Of a stretch of DNA of 64,000 nt, positions 1-11,016 are shown piece after piece. Made by a program: the position numbers and the translations under genes. Each line of letters begins with the position of its first letter. Position 1 is the first letter of the stretch. Location: NCBI GenBank assembly GCA_965209155.1, contig OZ242383.1, positions 1,184,001-1,248,000 on the forward strand. Reading direction: 5' to 3'. Source of the DNA: a bacterium. GTDB taxonomy: Bacteria; SAR324; NAC60-12. The notes beneath the pieces are model-generated. The model did no database searches and was not told the DNA's origin. It saw nothing but the letters and a program-made list of their open reading frames with translations.

Positions 1-713
1 TTGGACCTGTAATTCGTATCAGATCCCGTGTTCTCAGGTTGGCTTGTGTCACGGCGGGCCCGAAAGCAGCGAGTGCCAGTGCTTGAAGAATCGTCGTTTT
101 GCCAGACCCATTGTCCCCTGACAGCTAATTGACGTTAACAAATCTGGGTTTCGTAGCACTCACCTCCGAATGTTTTTCATGACTAGTAGATCGACATACA
201 TAATATCAAGGCTTATTCTTGGGGCTGATACGAGATGGTGCCATATGGATTAAACTGTTACGAATCGGATCATACAATACAGATTGTCATAGTTCGTCTT
301 CGAAATCTGTTGGTTAAGATATCGAAATTTGCAAAGGAGGTCAATTGTTATCATCTTTTTGTATTTGGGGTCCCAAATTCATCAAACAAATTATCGCTAA
401 ACAAGCGCCATCCGTTCAATTCGGCACACGTCCCTGCCTGTCACCCGGAGCTTGATACGAATCCTGCATATTTTTTCATTTGGGGCTTGACATTGCGTAA
501 AATAGTGTTGTACGTATGCCTTCACCAATTTATTTTAGTGAAAGAGAAGGTTCCCGACCGATTGAACCATTTCATGGGAGATCGTGAAAATTTTCTTGGG
601 AATTTTTTTCAACGTTATTTGACTGAAAGGGTTTTTCATAGACCTGAATAGCTACGATAAGCTACTATACGGAGAAATTACGCAGCAACCCGAAATTTGG
701 AGAGATAAGCATT

Positions 714-1769
714 ATGACTGACAAGACGCTCGTGTTTCTGATTCACGGCATGGGAACGCATAAGGCAAAATGGAGTAAATCTGTGCAGGAAGCACTTCAA
801 TGTCACGCTAGTGGCTACGAATTCTTTAAAAAATCCGGCAACAAGAATTTGACGAAATTCGTTGAGTTCGTCGAAATTGTCTACGATGATATTTTTACAA
901 ATGCTCTGAAAAATTGGGAAGAAAAGAATAAGGAGCTATTGCAGCAGGTAGCAACGGCGGACAAAGCTCAGGCGGAGAAGGCTGTGTACTGGCTTAAGGG
1001 CATGAAAAATGGGAAAAACAATTTCGCTTGGACTCACGCCGTCGACGTGTTGTTGTGGCGCTTCAGCTCGTATTTTCGCAACTCGATCAAAGCAAAAATT
1101 TCCGCGAAGATGACCAGAAAGCTAATCGAATCGGCCAAGAAGAACAGTATATGCTATGCCAAGGCCGCAGTCATCTCACATAGCCTAGGGACATCTGTAA
1201 TGCATGACGTGCTCGCGAATCTTGCATTTGGTCGCTACTTGCCGGCTCACATGCCCAACGGTTTCGACCCGAAAGCATTTCGTTTCATGAGCTTGCACAC
1301 CATCGCCAACGTGAGCAAAATACTTGAGCTAGATGACTATCCAGTCTATTGTAGTCGTGTTCGACCCGGTTCCGTTGATAATCAAGAGAGCTATTGTCAG
1401 CATTTTTTCAATTATCACAATACGTTAGATCCCTTCACGCTACCAAGGCCGTTTCGACCGCCATGGCCACCCGACACCTTCCACGATAAACAGGTGTCGC
1501 ATCTGCATGGTGCGAACCCGCACTCAATCGAGCATTATCTCCTTAACCCCAAAGTTCATGTCCCGTTGCTTCGATCAATTGTGGGCGTGTATGAGGCTGT
1601 TACGCCGAAGGAGGAGGAATATGCTTACAAAGCTTTCAAAAACGTTGATCTTTCAGAGGAGGTCAAAACGCGCATCGAACAAAAGATCAACAACGCACGG
1701 GAAGTCATGGGCCTGTCCGTTGACATGATAGATTTAGTAAAGGGCATTCAACTTTTTTTCGGAGATTGA
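714..1769 (+). CDS. Alpha/beta-hydrolase-like hypothetical protein
   Basis: 351-aa ORF with N-terminal LIHGMG and nucleophile-elbow-like ISHSLG; GGAGA RBS upstream. Confidence 0.6.
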   Translation: MTDKTLVFLIHGMGTHKAKWSKSVQEALQCHASGYEFFKKSGNKNLTKFVEFVEIVYDDIFTNALKNWEEKNKELLQQVATADKAQAEKAVYWLKGMKNGKNNFAWTHAVDVLLWRFSSYFRNSIKAKISAKMTRKLIESAKKNSICYAKAAVISHSLGTSVMHDVLANLAFGRYLPAHMPNGFDPKAFRFMSLHTIANVSKILELDDYPVYCSRVRPGSVDNQESYCQHFFNYHNTLDPFTLPRPFRPPWPPDTFHDKQVSHLHGANPHSIEHYLLNPKVHVPLLRSIVGVYEAVTPKEEEYAYKAFKNVDLSEEVKTRIEQKINNAREVMGLSVDMIDLVKGIQLFFGD

Positions 1770-2956
1770 ACATGAGTGACTGGATGCCACGCTCAATGAA
1801 ATTCTTTGTGCTAGTCGGGGTAGCGCTCTGCGCGACTGTAATCTCAAATTTAGCGAATGCACAGCAGACCTTTGATAATTGGTATAATGTTGCGATACGT
1901 GACAAGGAGAGCGTACTTTATAAGAGCCTGCTCGCCGAGCGGAAGGTCTTCAAAGAGCGCATACCCGTCGAGGGTATTGCTCCACTGATTGCTGAGCTGA
2001 GCGTTACCGCCGCCGAATTAATGCCCGATGAAGAACCTGGGTTCCAACGCGCCGAAGACGCTGAGAATATCCGTAAGCTCGTTCACTTGTTGGACGAAGT
2101 TAAGTCGGAGCTCGATATTGACGCAGCCCAAGTTAAGCGCATCTTCTCTGAGGAAAAAGCGGGAACCAATACCGACGATGTAGTGACTGAACTCATCAGC
2201 GTTCAAACGCAGCGTCAAATTACCAACCTTTTCGGAGGCATGGACCAACGCACTACCAAACCCAACGCCGGCAGTTACGTGATTGCGAAGGGCCGTAAAA
2301 ATGAAATTTTGATTCCGCCAAAATCGACGAGCTCAGTTGATCGTAGTATCTGGCGGATCGGTCTGATTGCCCAATATATCATCGGTGCTGCCAACCTGCC
2401 CCTTATGGAAGCAACTAACTTGGTTATCGCTCAGGCGCGCGACGACTGGAAGGCATTTATGGAGAATGCGGTCGGAGATCAATTCGTTTGGGAGACGATA
2501 TTCAATAGTTGGGCTGCGAATCACTTGCCGCCTATCGCTGGCACACTCTCGACTCCGCCCCGATTTCAACTTCGAATTGTTCACCCAACTCCGGTGGTGG
2601 TCTATTCGACTTTAGGTGGCATAGAGGCGGAGCCACGATTGGCCGTTGAGCTCTTCGGTGTGCGAAGATTCGGACGGGACTACGCGCCAAATGGCGGTGT
2701 ATCATTGATCGGAATCTTTCCCAGTGACCGTGACCAAGGCACGGGGTGGGGCTTACTACTAACGCGCAAGCGATTCTCTTTCGGGATCACCAAACAAGAG
2801 TTCAACAACGGCGAAGATATTGTCGCTTTGGTATTCGGCATTGATCTCGCTGCCCAACTCCAAAATCAGCAAGGTGGCTTGCGCGAGCGTATTGACAACA
2901 AGCTCTCTCATATTCTCGAGAGCTTGGCAAGAGGTCATCATATCAACCCCCATTAG
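1766..2956 (+). CDS. Secreted hypothetical protein
   Basis: 396-aa ORF with signal-peptide-like N-terminus, abutting the upstream stop. Confidence 0.6.
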   Translation: MNMSDWMPRSMKFFVLVGVALCATVISNLANAQQTFDNWYNVAIRDKESVLYKSLLAERKVFKERIPVEGIAPLIAELSVTAAELMPDEEPGFQRAEDAENIRKLVHLLDEVKSELDIDAAQVKRIFSEEKAGTNTDDVVTELISVQTQRQITNLFGGMDQRTTKPNAGSYVIAKGRKNEILIPPKSTSSVDRSIWRIGLIAQYIIGAANLPLMEATNLVIAQARDDWKAFMENAVGDQFVWETIFNSWAANHLPPIAGTLSTPPRFQLRIVHPTPVVVYSTLGGIEAEPRLAVELFGVRRFGRDYAPNGGVSLIGIFPSDRDQGTGWGLLLTRKRFSFGITKQEFNNGEDIVALVFGIDLAAQLQNQQGGLRERIDNKLSHILESLARGHHINPH

Positions 2957-2987
2957 TTCCTCAGAATAAGACCTTCGAAGTTGTTGG

Positions 2988-4214
2988 ATGGCAGTCACAC
3001 TTGGTTATTTTAGTCGACCGATTCTCAGAGGATCTGGCATCATATTTCACTGTTCAGAAAGGAATTTAGCGATGAAAAAAATGTTCATGGTAGTTTTTAC
3101 TCTCATCATCTTTGCGTGTTGTATTCCGTTGGCGGCTCAGGACCTGCCCGATGACGTTTTGGCCGACATGTACCTGTTGGAAGCGAGCGAGGCGCTCGAG
3201 AACGGAGACGCACGCACGGCGATTGAGGCCTATGGGAAAATCGAAGCCCTGGACGTCGAACCGCCGCTGGAGTTTCTGTATTTTTATGGCAAGGTTCTGG
3301 TTGAGAACAGCATCACATTGGATGACCTGCTGAAGGGCCAATCGCTGTTGAAACAGTTCGTGCTCAATATCGAAAAGGACTCGGAGCACTATACACCGAC
3401 CTTGAAATTGCTTTCCGCGGTTGGAAAAACAATAAAGAAAATCGACGCAAAGCGACAGGCCGAAGCACGGGCGAAACGGGAACGAGAAGCTGAACGGCAA
3501 CTACTCAAAGAGATGTTACAAAGTTTCCAGATGGTGCAGGTGGTGGGCGGTACCTTCACCATGGGCTGCAAGGCAGGGCGGGATAGTGACTGTTTAAATA
3601 GTGAAAAACCGGCGCATCGGGTGCGGGTGCGCCGTTTCGAAATCGGCAAGTACGAGGTGACACAGGAGCAATGGGAAGCTGTGATAGGCAACAATCTGAG
3701 TCATTTCAAAGGCTGTCCCCAGTGTCCCGTGGAAAAGGTCAGTTGGGAAGACGTGCAAGCGTTTCTCAAAAGATTGAATGATGCGACCGGAAGAGGTTAT
3801 CGCCTGCCCAGTGAGGCGGAATGGGAATATGCCGCGCGAGGCGGTCAGCAAAGTCGTGGTTACCAATACGCCGGAAGTGATGACCCGGATTTGGTAGCTT
3901 GGTATGACGATAATAGCGGTGAAAAGACCCATCCCGTCGGGCGGAAGCGGGCCAATGAGTTGGGGCTGCACGACATGAACGGCAACGTAATTGAATGGGT
4001 TCAGGATTGCTGGCATGACGATTATGAAGACGCGCCAAACGATGGTCGTGCTTGGGAAACTCAGGGTGGAGGCGATTGTTACAGGCGCGTCTTGCGCGGT
4101 GGTTCCTGGGACAACTACGGTCCGAGGAAACTCCGTGCGGCGAACCGCGGCTGGGCTGACGTCGGAAGCCGGTACCTCACCTTCGGATTCCGCATTGCCC
4201 GGACCTTGGATTAG
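2988..4214 (+). CDS. FGE-sulfatase (SUMF1/CLec-fold) domain protein, secreted; likely start 3072
   Basis: Motifs GGTFTMG, YEVTQEQW, RLPSEAEWEYAARGG, NELGLHDMNGNVIEW, RVLRGGSW, GFRIAR. Confidence 0.9.
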   Translation: MAVTLGYFSRPILRGSGIIFHCSERNLAMKKMFMVVFTLIIFACCIPLAAQDLPDDVLADMYLLEASEALENGDARTAIEAYGKIEALDVEPPLEFLYFYGKVLVENSITLDDLLKGQSLLKQFVLNIEKDSEHYTPTLKLLSAVGKTIKKIDAKRQAEARAKREREAERQLLKEMLQSFQMVQVVGGTFTMGCKAGRDSDCLNSEKPAHRVRVRRFEIGKYEVTQEQWEAVIGNNLSHFKGCPQCPVEKVSWEDVQAFLKRLNDATGRGYRLPSEAEWEYAARGGQQSRGYQYAGSDDPDLVAWYDDNSGEKTHPVGRKRANELGLHDMNGNVIEWVQDCWHDDYEDAPNDGRAWETQGGGDCYRRVLRGGSWDNYGPRKLRAANRGWADVGSRYLTFGFRIARTLD

Positions 4215-4256
4215 CTCTTAATCTTTGACTCTTTACTTCCCGAGCCTCTAAAAGGC

Positions 4257-5111
4257 TTGCCTGAGGGAGAAATAGTTATCTACACACATACAATACAGAC
4301 TATGGACGACAAAAAGTGGAATTACGGCACGTTGATAGCGTTCCTGGCCCTTGCTATACCCGGATTAATCTACGTTATCACGCTCGGAAACGAAGTTGAA
4401 ACGTTGAAAGCTACGAAATCAGAACAATCAAAAACAGTTCAGATTGCAACTGACTTGGCTAACGTTAAAAAGGATGTGGAAAATCTCAAGTCAGGAGAAG
4501 TTATCGAAACAATGAAGGCTACCGCTCTTGATGAGATTGGAAAGAGGAAAGGTGAAATTCTCGAGGAGATTAAAGCCAAGGAGGAAAGCCATGTTCAATT
4601 GTTTGGACAAGCTCCAAAACTGCCCGTAGGAGTGATTATTGATTACATTGGCCCAATAGAAAGTTCTGCACCTGATGCGAGCGAAATGCTCAGAGATGGC
4701 CACTTTACTTGGGTAAAAGATGCCCCTAATTGGGCAATCACGAATGGTGCAACAATTCCCGAATCTTCTCTTGATCTTGAATCTCCTATTTTAGAGTTTG
4801 ACGCAGACCCAACCCGTGATGGGTTCCAGGTTCCGAATTTAATTAATCGATTTACCAAAGGAGTCCTGATAGAAGATTTGGGCTCCCCAGGAGGCTTTGC
4901 CAACAAAGAAATTGATTTGTCCCATTCTCATCCAGTAAAACCTTGTGGGGATGCTAATGGCAGGAATGCTCTAAGAGCTCAAAATTGGCACGATCACGTC
5001 AGAATGTGTAACGAAAGGTCTGCTTCAAACACAGACAGATACTCGAAGAAGGTCACACTCGACAACGATCCCCTGTATTTTGGAGTTCTGAAAATCATTA
5101 GAATCAAATAA
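4257..5111 (+). CDS. Membrane-anchored coiled-coil protein with phage tail-collar-like C-terminus; likely start 4302
   Basis: N-terminal TM helix, coiled coil, then LPVGVII..WAITNG..FQVPNLINRF..G..GG. Confidence 0.55.
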   Translation: MPEGEIVIYTHTIQTMDDKKWNYGTLIAFLALAIPGLIYVITLGNEVETLKATKSEQSKTVQIATDLANVKKDVENLKSGEVIETMKATALDEIGKRKGEILEEIKAKEESHVQLFGQAPKLPVGVIIDYIGPIESSAPDASEMLRDGHFTWVKDAPNWAITNGATIPESSLDLESPILEFDADPTRDGFQVPNLINRFTKGVLIEDLGSPGGFANKEIDLSHSHPVKPCGDANGRNALRAQNWHDHVRMCNERSASNTDRYSKKVTLDNDPLYFGVLKIIRIK

Positions 5112-5114
5112 CTG

Positions 5115-6404
5115 GTGTATTGCCTTTTTATTTCTTGTAAGAAATTTGAAAAGAACTATGAGCTTAACCTATGTTCATTAAAACAGGTTTTTATGAAGCG
5201 CAAAACTATTTGGTTGACGATCAATATTATCGCTCTGATGTGTCTATCGGGAGGCCCTGTGGACGCAGAAGTCGTATTCAGCGATAAAAACGGGGTGACG
5301 GTGGAGTATCGAATCATCGACACAGGTAAATACACCCATTGCGCAGATAAAAACGATCCGGATTATACCAGTAAGAAAATAAAAATCTGGAAAGCAACCG
5401 TCATTTTGACAAACAATTCAACCGGAAGGATCAAACCTCAAGGACGAACGGTGGCAACAATAAATGTCGGAGAAGACATCAGAGGAGGCCCGTATTGTTT
5501 TTACTACAATGTGCCGAATTTCCATAGCATTGGTTATCCTGACCAGGGTGGCCTCCCGCTGGGCATCATGCTCGGGATGGTCTATCCCATCAATCCTGGC
5601 AAATCCATTTCGGAATCGGAATATTTATACCTATACGAAGACCGGAAACCCATCATGACAAGTTGGTTTTTTAGTGGCTATTACCTTTTGAAAGACAAAA
5701 CTAAAAAATCAAAAAATCAACAACAATCAGACGAACAAGCCTCGAAGCAAAGTACGGCAGCAAACGCAAACCAGCGTACAACCCCAAGTGGGAAGTCAAG
5801 CCCGACAGCAAAGGTAAAAAAGCCCACCTCCCCATCGGGCAGCCTGATCCTGCTCATCGACGTCAGCGGGAGTATGAAAGGCGCCAAGCTGGATTCGGCG
5901 AAACAGGCGGCTATCGAAACCATCCGCAAAGCGGTCAGGAACAAAAGCGAAGTCGCCATTCTCGCTTTTGAGGGTGACTGCGGGAACCCGGTAGAGCGTT
6001 ATATCGACTTTACCGGGAATGAAAATCAACTCGTTGCCTTCATCGACGGCTTGTCCGCCCAAGGCGGAACACCCCTGGCCACCGCGCTGGACGTTTCCAA
6101 CCGATTCATGAAGCAACGCAAATCCGCCGCAAGCAAAACGCAAATGATCCTGCTGCTGGCCGATGGGGATGACGATTGCGGCGGCCTGGATGAAGTCTTA
6201 GGGGAATTGAAGCGGAACAATCTCTTGTATCGTCATGAAACCGTGGGCCTCGAAGTGTCCGATGAAGCCCGGAAACAATTACGGAACATCGCCACCCAAT
6301 CGGGAGGGAACTATCACGGCGCCACCAGTGAGAACCTGTCGCAGGTCTTTTCGGACGCAGTGGAATTGATGCGAATGCTCGATATGATCGGGAAGTTCAA
6401 GTAA
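5115..6404 (+). CDS. Secreted vWA domain protein; likely start 5193
   Basis: MIDAS DVSGS, GGTPLA and LLADG motifs after a low-complexity linker. Confidence 0.85.
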   Translation: MYCLFISCKKFEKNYELNLCSLKQVFMKRKTIWLTINIIALMCLSGGPVDAEVVFSDKNGVTVEYRIIDTGKYTHCADKNDPDYTSKKIKIWKATVILTNNSTGRIKPQGRTVATINVGEDIRGGPYCFYYNVPNFHSIGYPDQGGLPLGIMLGMVYPINPGKSISESEYLYLYEDRKPIMTSWFFSGYYLLKDKTKKSKNQQQSDEQASKQSTAANANQRTTPSGKSSPTAKVKKPTSPSGSLILLIDVSGSMKGAKLDSAKQAAIETIRKAVRNKSEVAILAFEGDCGNPVERYIDFTGNENQLVAFIDGLSAQGGTPLATALDVSNRFMKQRKSAASKTQMILLLADGDDDCGGLDEVLGELKRNNLLYRHETVGLEVSDEARKQLRNIATQSGGNYHGATSENLSQVFSDAVELMRMLDMIGKFK

Positions 6405-6415
6405 GAAGCTGTTAG

Positions 6416-7701
6416 GGGCTTGTTACAAAATAAGTTGAACATCTTTGAGTTTCATATAGGGTGAATGGTGTAGTTCCATTGAGGAAACTTTTTTGCAAAT
6501 TTTAGATTTATGTTATCAAATTCTTCGTCGGATACTTTCATACCAGTTTTGTATTGCTTACGATCAAGTCGAGCCTTGATATTGAGGCCGTTTTTGGTCG
6601 TAGTCGAGGCGATCAATCTCACCACGGACTCATAGTTTTCTAGTGGCCTGCCTTTCCAATTCATGCTGATGAATGAAAACATACGATGCTCAATCTTGTT
6701 CCACTTGCTTGTCCCTGGTGGATAATGCGCGACTGTAATTGGTATCCCAAGCTTGTTTGCTAATTCTTGTAAGTAAAACTTCCATGCCCGAGCTCTACTC
6801 CCATTGCTCCCTCCGCCATCGGCACACACAAGAATCTCAGTTGCATTGGGATAGCGCTTTTTTCCAAAGTGTCTCCACCACTGCCAAAGGCTATTGACAG
6901 CAAACTCAGAGGTATCTGAGGACATGCCAACGTTTACAAAACCTTCGTTGCGATTTAAGTCATAGGCCCCAAAAGGTATCGCCTTCCCCTCTCCGTAAGA
7001 TTTGAAATCATGATCAAGAACTTTCTTGTCTTCCTTTGACCACACTCGACCCTCATTCTTGAAATTTCCGACAAGCTCCTTTTTTTCGTATCAACTGATA
7101 CCACTGGGTTTCCGTATCTTGAAAACCGATGGACGGATCGATTAATGTGTCTGAATTGCTCGTCGCGGTTTGGATGATTTTTTCCTGAAAGCATCTTTTT
7201 GTTCGATCTCAGGGAATAGCCAAGCTCCTTTAAAAGCCTCATTACCGTGACATAAGATACATCAAATCCAGATTTTCTTAGCTGATCTGCGATAGATCTG
7301 CTCGATTTGCATGTCCACCGTAGGCGGCTCATCGGATCTCCTGCAGAAGACTCTTCAAGAATGCCCTCAATTGCTTTGAGCAGCTCAGGACTCTTGTGCC
7401 TCGAATACTTTCGTCCTCCACCCTCACGACGGAGACGATCGCTGTCAAGTGATAACGATCCATCTTCTTCTAAATCACGGAGACCCTGAGTTACCGTCGT
7501 TCTGGATAGTCCGGTCGCGCGACTTACTTGTGAAACACCTCCGTAGCCAAGCTCTTTTGCTTTTACTGCTGCGAACCACCTTTTCTGTGGCTCGTTGAGG
7601 TAGCCGAACGCCTTAATCCACTCTTTACTGATCTCATGGTTAGTCATGAAATCAGTAGACCACAAAAAATCTAGTTGTTCAATTTATTTTGTAACAAGCC
7701 C
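6416..7701 (-). mobile_element. ISAzo13-family insertion sequence
   Basis: Terminal inverted repeats GGGCTTGTTACAAAATAARTTGAAC at both ends; TTAG on both flanks. Confidence 0.9.
6452..7665 (-). CDS. ISAzo13 transposase split by a -1 frameshift at an A7G run (~7080)
   Basis: GDPMSRLRWT, SVDTKK, ADGGGSNG and PPGTSKWNKIEHR motifs across two overlapping ORFs. Confidence 0.85.
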
Positions 7702-7787
7702 TTAGTTCAGAGTTCTATAGTATCCACTCCTGATCGCACAGCCTCACACCTGCATTCTAATCCCGGCAGCCTGCCCACGGCAGACGG

Positions 7788-8624
7788 TTACTGACTATTG
7801 CAGCGCTTGCCTTTCCAATGTATGGATTCGGGTAGCTTCGGAATTTCATTTGGCATTGCACAAGCGGTCTTCAGTTGCTCCGGCTTGAGGCCACGGGCTG
7901 CGCTCAGATCTGCGTTGCTTAGATTTGTGCGGATAAAAGAGACATTATCCAGACGTGCGTTCTGAAAGTTCACACTGCCATCAATGTTGGTGTCACTGAA
8001 TATCACTGAGGTTAGATTGGAATTGCTGAAATCCACATTCTTGATATTGTTGGCAGACCAAAAGGTCGCCCCCTCTAGATTAGCATAACGAAAATCTGCA
8101 CCACTTATTTTTCCGTGTTTGAATGTTGTTTCGCGGAGATTTGAACCACGGAATTTCACATTCAAGATTTGCACGTCGTCGAAGTTTGCACGACGCAGAC
8201 TCGCCCCACTTAGATCCAAATCATTCAAGATCATATCGCTTAGATCAATACGATCCAATGGAAAACCATCACGCGACAGAGCTTCAACAATGGCATGAAG
8301 AGGGGCATCGCGTTCCTCTATCGGAAGAGAGCGCAACTGATGAATCTGGGCGAGTAGCATCGCTCCACGCACCGCACGATCCTTACTTCTCTCTTGATAC
8401 TCGGAGAATACGCCAAATACAGTTACTACAATAGCCACTACCGCGACGATCTCGAATGATATTCGAAATAGTGCCACATTATGAAACAAATAGAAGAAAA
8501 CGGACGCCCAATGGTCTGGACGTGCGAGAATCCGTAGAATAATGTTTCTTTCGCTCTTCCACCTGTGTTGGTCGAAGACTGGTCGAACAGGACCGGTTAA
8601 CTCGCCGTTCTTTCTCTTTGCCAT
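7788..8624 (-). CDS. Pentapeptide-repeat protein with N-terminal TM helix
   Basis: A(D/N)L/F-type pentapeptide repeats; the called ORF extension to 8702 runs into an IS91 end, so ATG at 8624 is preferred. Confidence 0.8.
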   Translation of the reverse strand: MAKRKNGELTGPVRPVFDQHRWKSERNIILRILARPDHWASVFFYLFHNVALFRISFEIVAVVAIVVTVFGVFSEYQERSKDRAVRGAMLLAQIHQLRSLPIEERDAPLHAIVEALSRDGFPLDRIDLSDMILNDLDLSGASLRRANFDDVQILNVKFRGSNLRETTFKHGKISGADFRYANLEGATFWSANNIKNVDFSNSNLTSVIFSDTNIDGSVNFQNARLDNVSFIRTNLSNADLSAARGLKPEQLKTACAMPNEIPKLPESIHWKGKRCNSQ

Positions 8625-8641
8625 AGAATAAGTCCGTGTTA

Positions 8642-9130
8642 CAATAGGAAAATCAAAAATGACACAAGACGATAGCATTTGGAAATATGTGTGTAAAGAC
8701 AAAATTAGGAGGGATATTTTTGCTTTTTTGGAAGGTTTCCTGGGAGGGTGTGCGGCATGTTCATTTTTTTATCGCTTTTCTTTTATGCTGGTTTGAAATG
8801 CCGGCTTTTGGACAAAGCGACCCCTGGGTTTTTCTGAAGAATTTTCAAGATACCCATTCTTCATCAGCAAAATAGACTTCATCAGAAGGGATGTAGTCGG
8901 CATAGTAGTCATCCATATCATAGGGGTTGATAGATGGCAGTGGCGGCGCTCTTTGTGTTTACTCACCGATATGCTTTAAAATTTTTTTGACTTCTTGATG
9001 ATTGGTAATAAATGCGATGATCTTCATCTCCTTGCCGCAGTTTGGACATAGCAGAGGAGAGGATCCACCTCGAAGATCTTATGGATCAATCGTGCCCAAA
9101 TTGCGCTGGCTTTCGCTTTTCCTTTGATCT
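8642..9130 (-). mobile_element. IS91-family 3' remnant with oriIS-like end (copy 1)
   Basis: Degenerate WARL..CPNCGKEMKIIAFI transposase C-terminus; end TTTTGATTTTCCTATTG; homologous to 10069 and 11070 copies. Confidence 0.75.
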
Positions 9131-9158
9131 AGACACTCACGGGCCGAAAATGCGTTGT

Positions 9159-9905
9159 CTATTGCCGGCACCCATTCTGCACTTTATCAACGTCAGTACC
9201 ATACGTCTCTTGATTCACTCCACGCGCTATACGCAGTTGTTCGGCCGAAAGATTACTTCTCCGTACCTTGACATGTGATAATTTGGTGCTGCGCGTCTCG
9301 GCATCGGTAAAGTTGGCTTCAAACACGTCAGCATTGGACAGGTTAGCGTTTGCAAGGTGCGCTTTGGTTAGGTTCGCGTTGCACAATATCGCGTCACTAA
9401 GATTTGCGCTACTTAGAATTGCTCCGGTAAGATCTGCTCCTCTTAGGTCGACATAGGGTAGATAAACTTCAAGCCAGTATACTCCCCTGAGATCAATTCT
9501 GATCCTTCTTTCTTCATCACCACATTCCGTTGGTGTGCACAGTGGAAGTCGATAGCGCGCCCATCTATACAGAGATTCTTTATTCGGTGTTTCAATGCCA
9601 AACCACTTCCATGGCTCGAAAAGCGTCGGATCATTGGAAATCTTAAAATTTTGAATTCGTGCAAAATTCTGCATCGCTGCGACAAATGTGCTCCGGTTTC
9701 CTGAAGAAACCATGGTAATGAACGCGTTGCGTTCGTACAACGCGATTTGCAGTTGTCGATCATGCCGGGACTCAAAGAGCGCAAAAATCGCAAAATAAGC
9801 CGTGACTGTGGTAGTAAGAAATGCGATCCAAGTTCGATGGGCATTCTTGCCAACTAAGTCCGATTTAAGTCCAGACATCCAGCTATCAGAGGTATCCTTG
9901 CTCAT
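9159..9905 (-). CDS. Pentapeptide-repeat protein with N-terminal TM helix
   Basis: ADLTGAILSSANLSDAILCNANLTKAHLANANLSNAD. Confidence 0.85.
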   Translation of the reverse strand: MSKDTSDSWMSGLKSDLVGKNAHRTWIAFLTTTVTAYFAIFALFESRHDRQLQIALYERNAFITMVSSGNRSTFVAAMQNFARIQNFKISNDPTLFEPWKWFGIETPNKESLYRWARYRLPLCTPTECGDEERRIRIDLRGVYWLEVYLPYVDLRGADLTGAILSSANLSDAILCNANLTKAHLANANLSNADVFEANFTDAETRSTKLSHVKVRRSNLSAEQLRIARGVNQETYGTDVDKVQNGCRQ

Positions 9906-9929
9906 TCTTTAGAGTCCCATCATGCTAGC

Positions 9930-10068
9930 TGATACCGCCGAACGTCGATCTCGTCGGCCCGCGCCCGCGTCGTGCCATGCCTGCATCCTGAGCAGCAGGT
10001 CCATGCTGAGGCCGAACGCCTTCTCGACCCTGAGCGCCATTTCGGGCGACAGCGAGGCGTTGCCGTTC
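9930..10068 (-). pseudogene. HigA-like antitoxin C-terminal fragment
   Basis: NGNASLSPEMALRVEKAFGLSMDLLLRMQAWHD, truncated at a GAAC by the IS91 end. Confidence 0.7.
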
Positions 10069-10376
10069 ATAGTAGGAAAATCAAAAATTACACAAGATGA
10101 TAGCATTTGGAAATATGTGTGTAAAGACAAAATTAGGAGGGATATTTTTGCTTTTTTGGAAGGTTTCCTGGAAGGGTGTGCGGCATGTTCATTTTTTATC
10201 GCTTTTCTTTTATGCTGGTTTGAAATGCCGGATTTTGGACAAAGCGATCCCTGCGTGCCCAATTTGCGCTGGCTTTCGCTTTTCCTTTGATCTTTTCCAT
10301 CTGAACTGGGCTCTCTCCTCTTTTTTCTTTTCTTTACTTACCTCGATAGGAGCTACTATAAATCCCATAATACCGC
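10069..10376 (-). mobile_element. IS91-family 3' remnant with oriIS-like end (copy 2, internally deleted)
   Basis: RYYGIYSSSYRG Y2-type motif remnant; end TTTTCCTACTAT abuts GAAC. Confidence 0.75.
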
Positions 10377-10503
10377 TACTCCAGTATTGACACGCAGCGA
10401 CTGCCGCCAGTTGTGCCGTGCCAACAAACAACGAAAGAGTCTTCTCATTTGCGATCACAAGCTTATGACTGGAGACACAAGCACAAACAGGCGTTGCCCT
10501 CGC

Positions 10504-11016
10504 TCACATCAAGCTCCAACGGCATTCTTTGGCAACTACGCTTTCATCAAGATCTATTCCCACTTCTGCTCGCATACTAACAACCATTTGGAGAAAATCA
10601 TCGAATAGATCGACCTTAGTGCCGGGTTCCTTGACCTCAGACATAATCTGGAATGACCAACAAATTGCCTCATCACTTCCATATAACATGAGAACACCGG
10701 ACGCAGCCTCTAGCCTGGCTAGGTCGTGTTCCGTTTGCGATCCTTCATGAGCCAATCGCACCATACGCGCAGCTTCCGAAACAAACTCCGAATATGCATT
10801 CATGACGGATTTATCCTGAAGCGTCTCTCTTGCTATCAAAAATGTGATCAATCCGCCGACCATAACGCCGACGAGAGGTGACAGAATACCAAAGAGAAGC
10901 CTTACATAGCTGCAACCAACATTATCGAATGCTAGTCGATTTCTAGTGTTCATTCGTCCTCTCCGAGCGCAACCGGGGTTGCGACGACAAGGTGAGCCTT
11001 CACCGTCGATCTTCAA
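10504..11016 (-). CDS. Hypothetical membrane-anchored protein
   Basis: ORF with one hydrophobic helix between IS91 ends; start uncertain. Confidence 0.5.
   Translation of the reverse strand: MKIDGEGSPCRRNPGCARRGRMNTRNRLAFDNVGCSYVRLLFGILSPLVGVMVGGLITFLIARETLQDKSVMNAYSEFVSEAARMVRLAHEGSQTEHDLARLEAASGVLMLYGSDEAICWSFQIMSEVKEPGTKVDLFDDFLQMVVSMRAEVGIDLDESVVAKECRWSLM

Noticed and set aside
235..651. 138-aa ORF
   Set aside because: No recognisable motif or RBS; likely intergenic or IS debris
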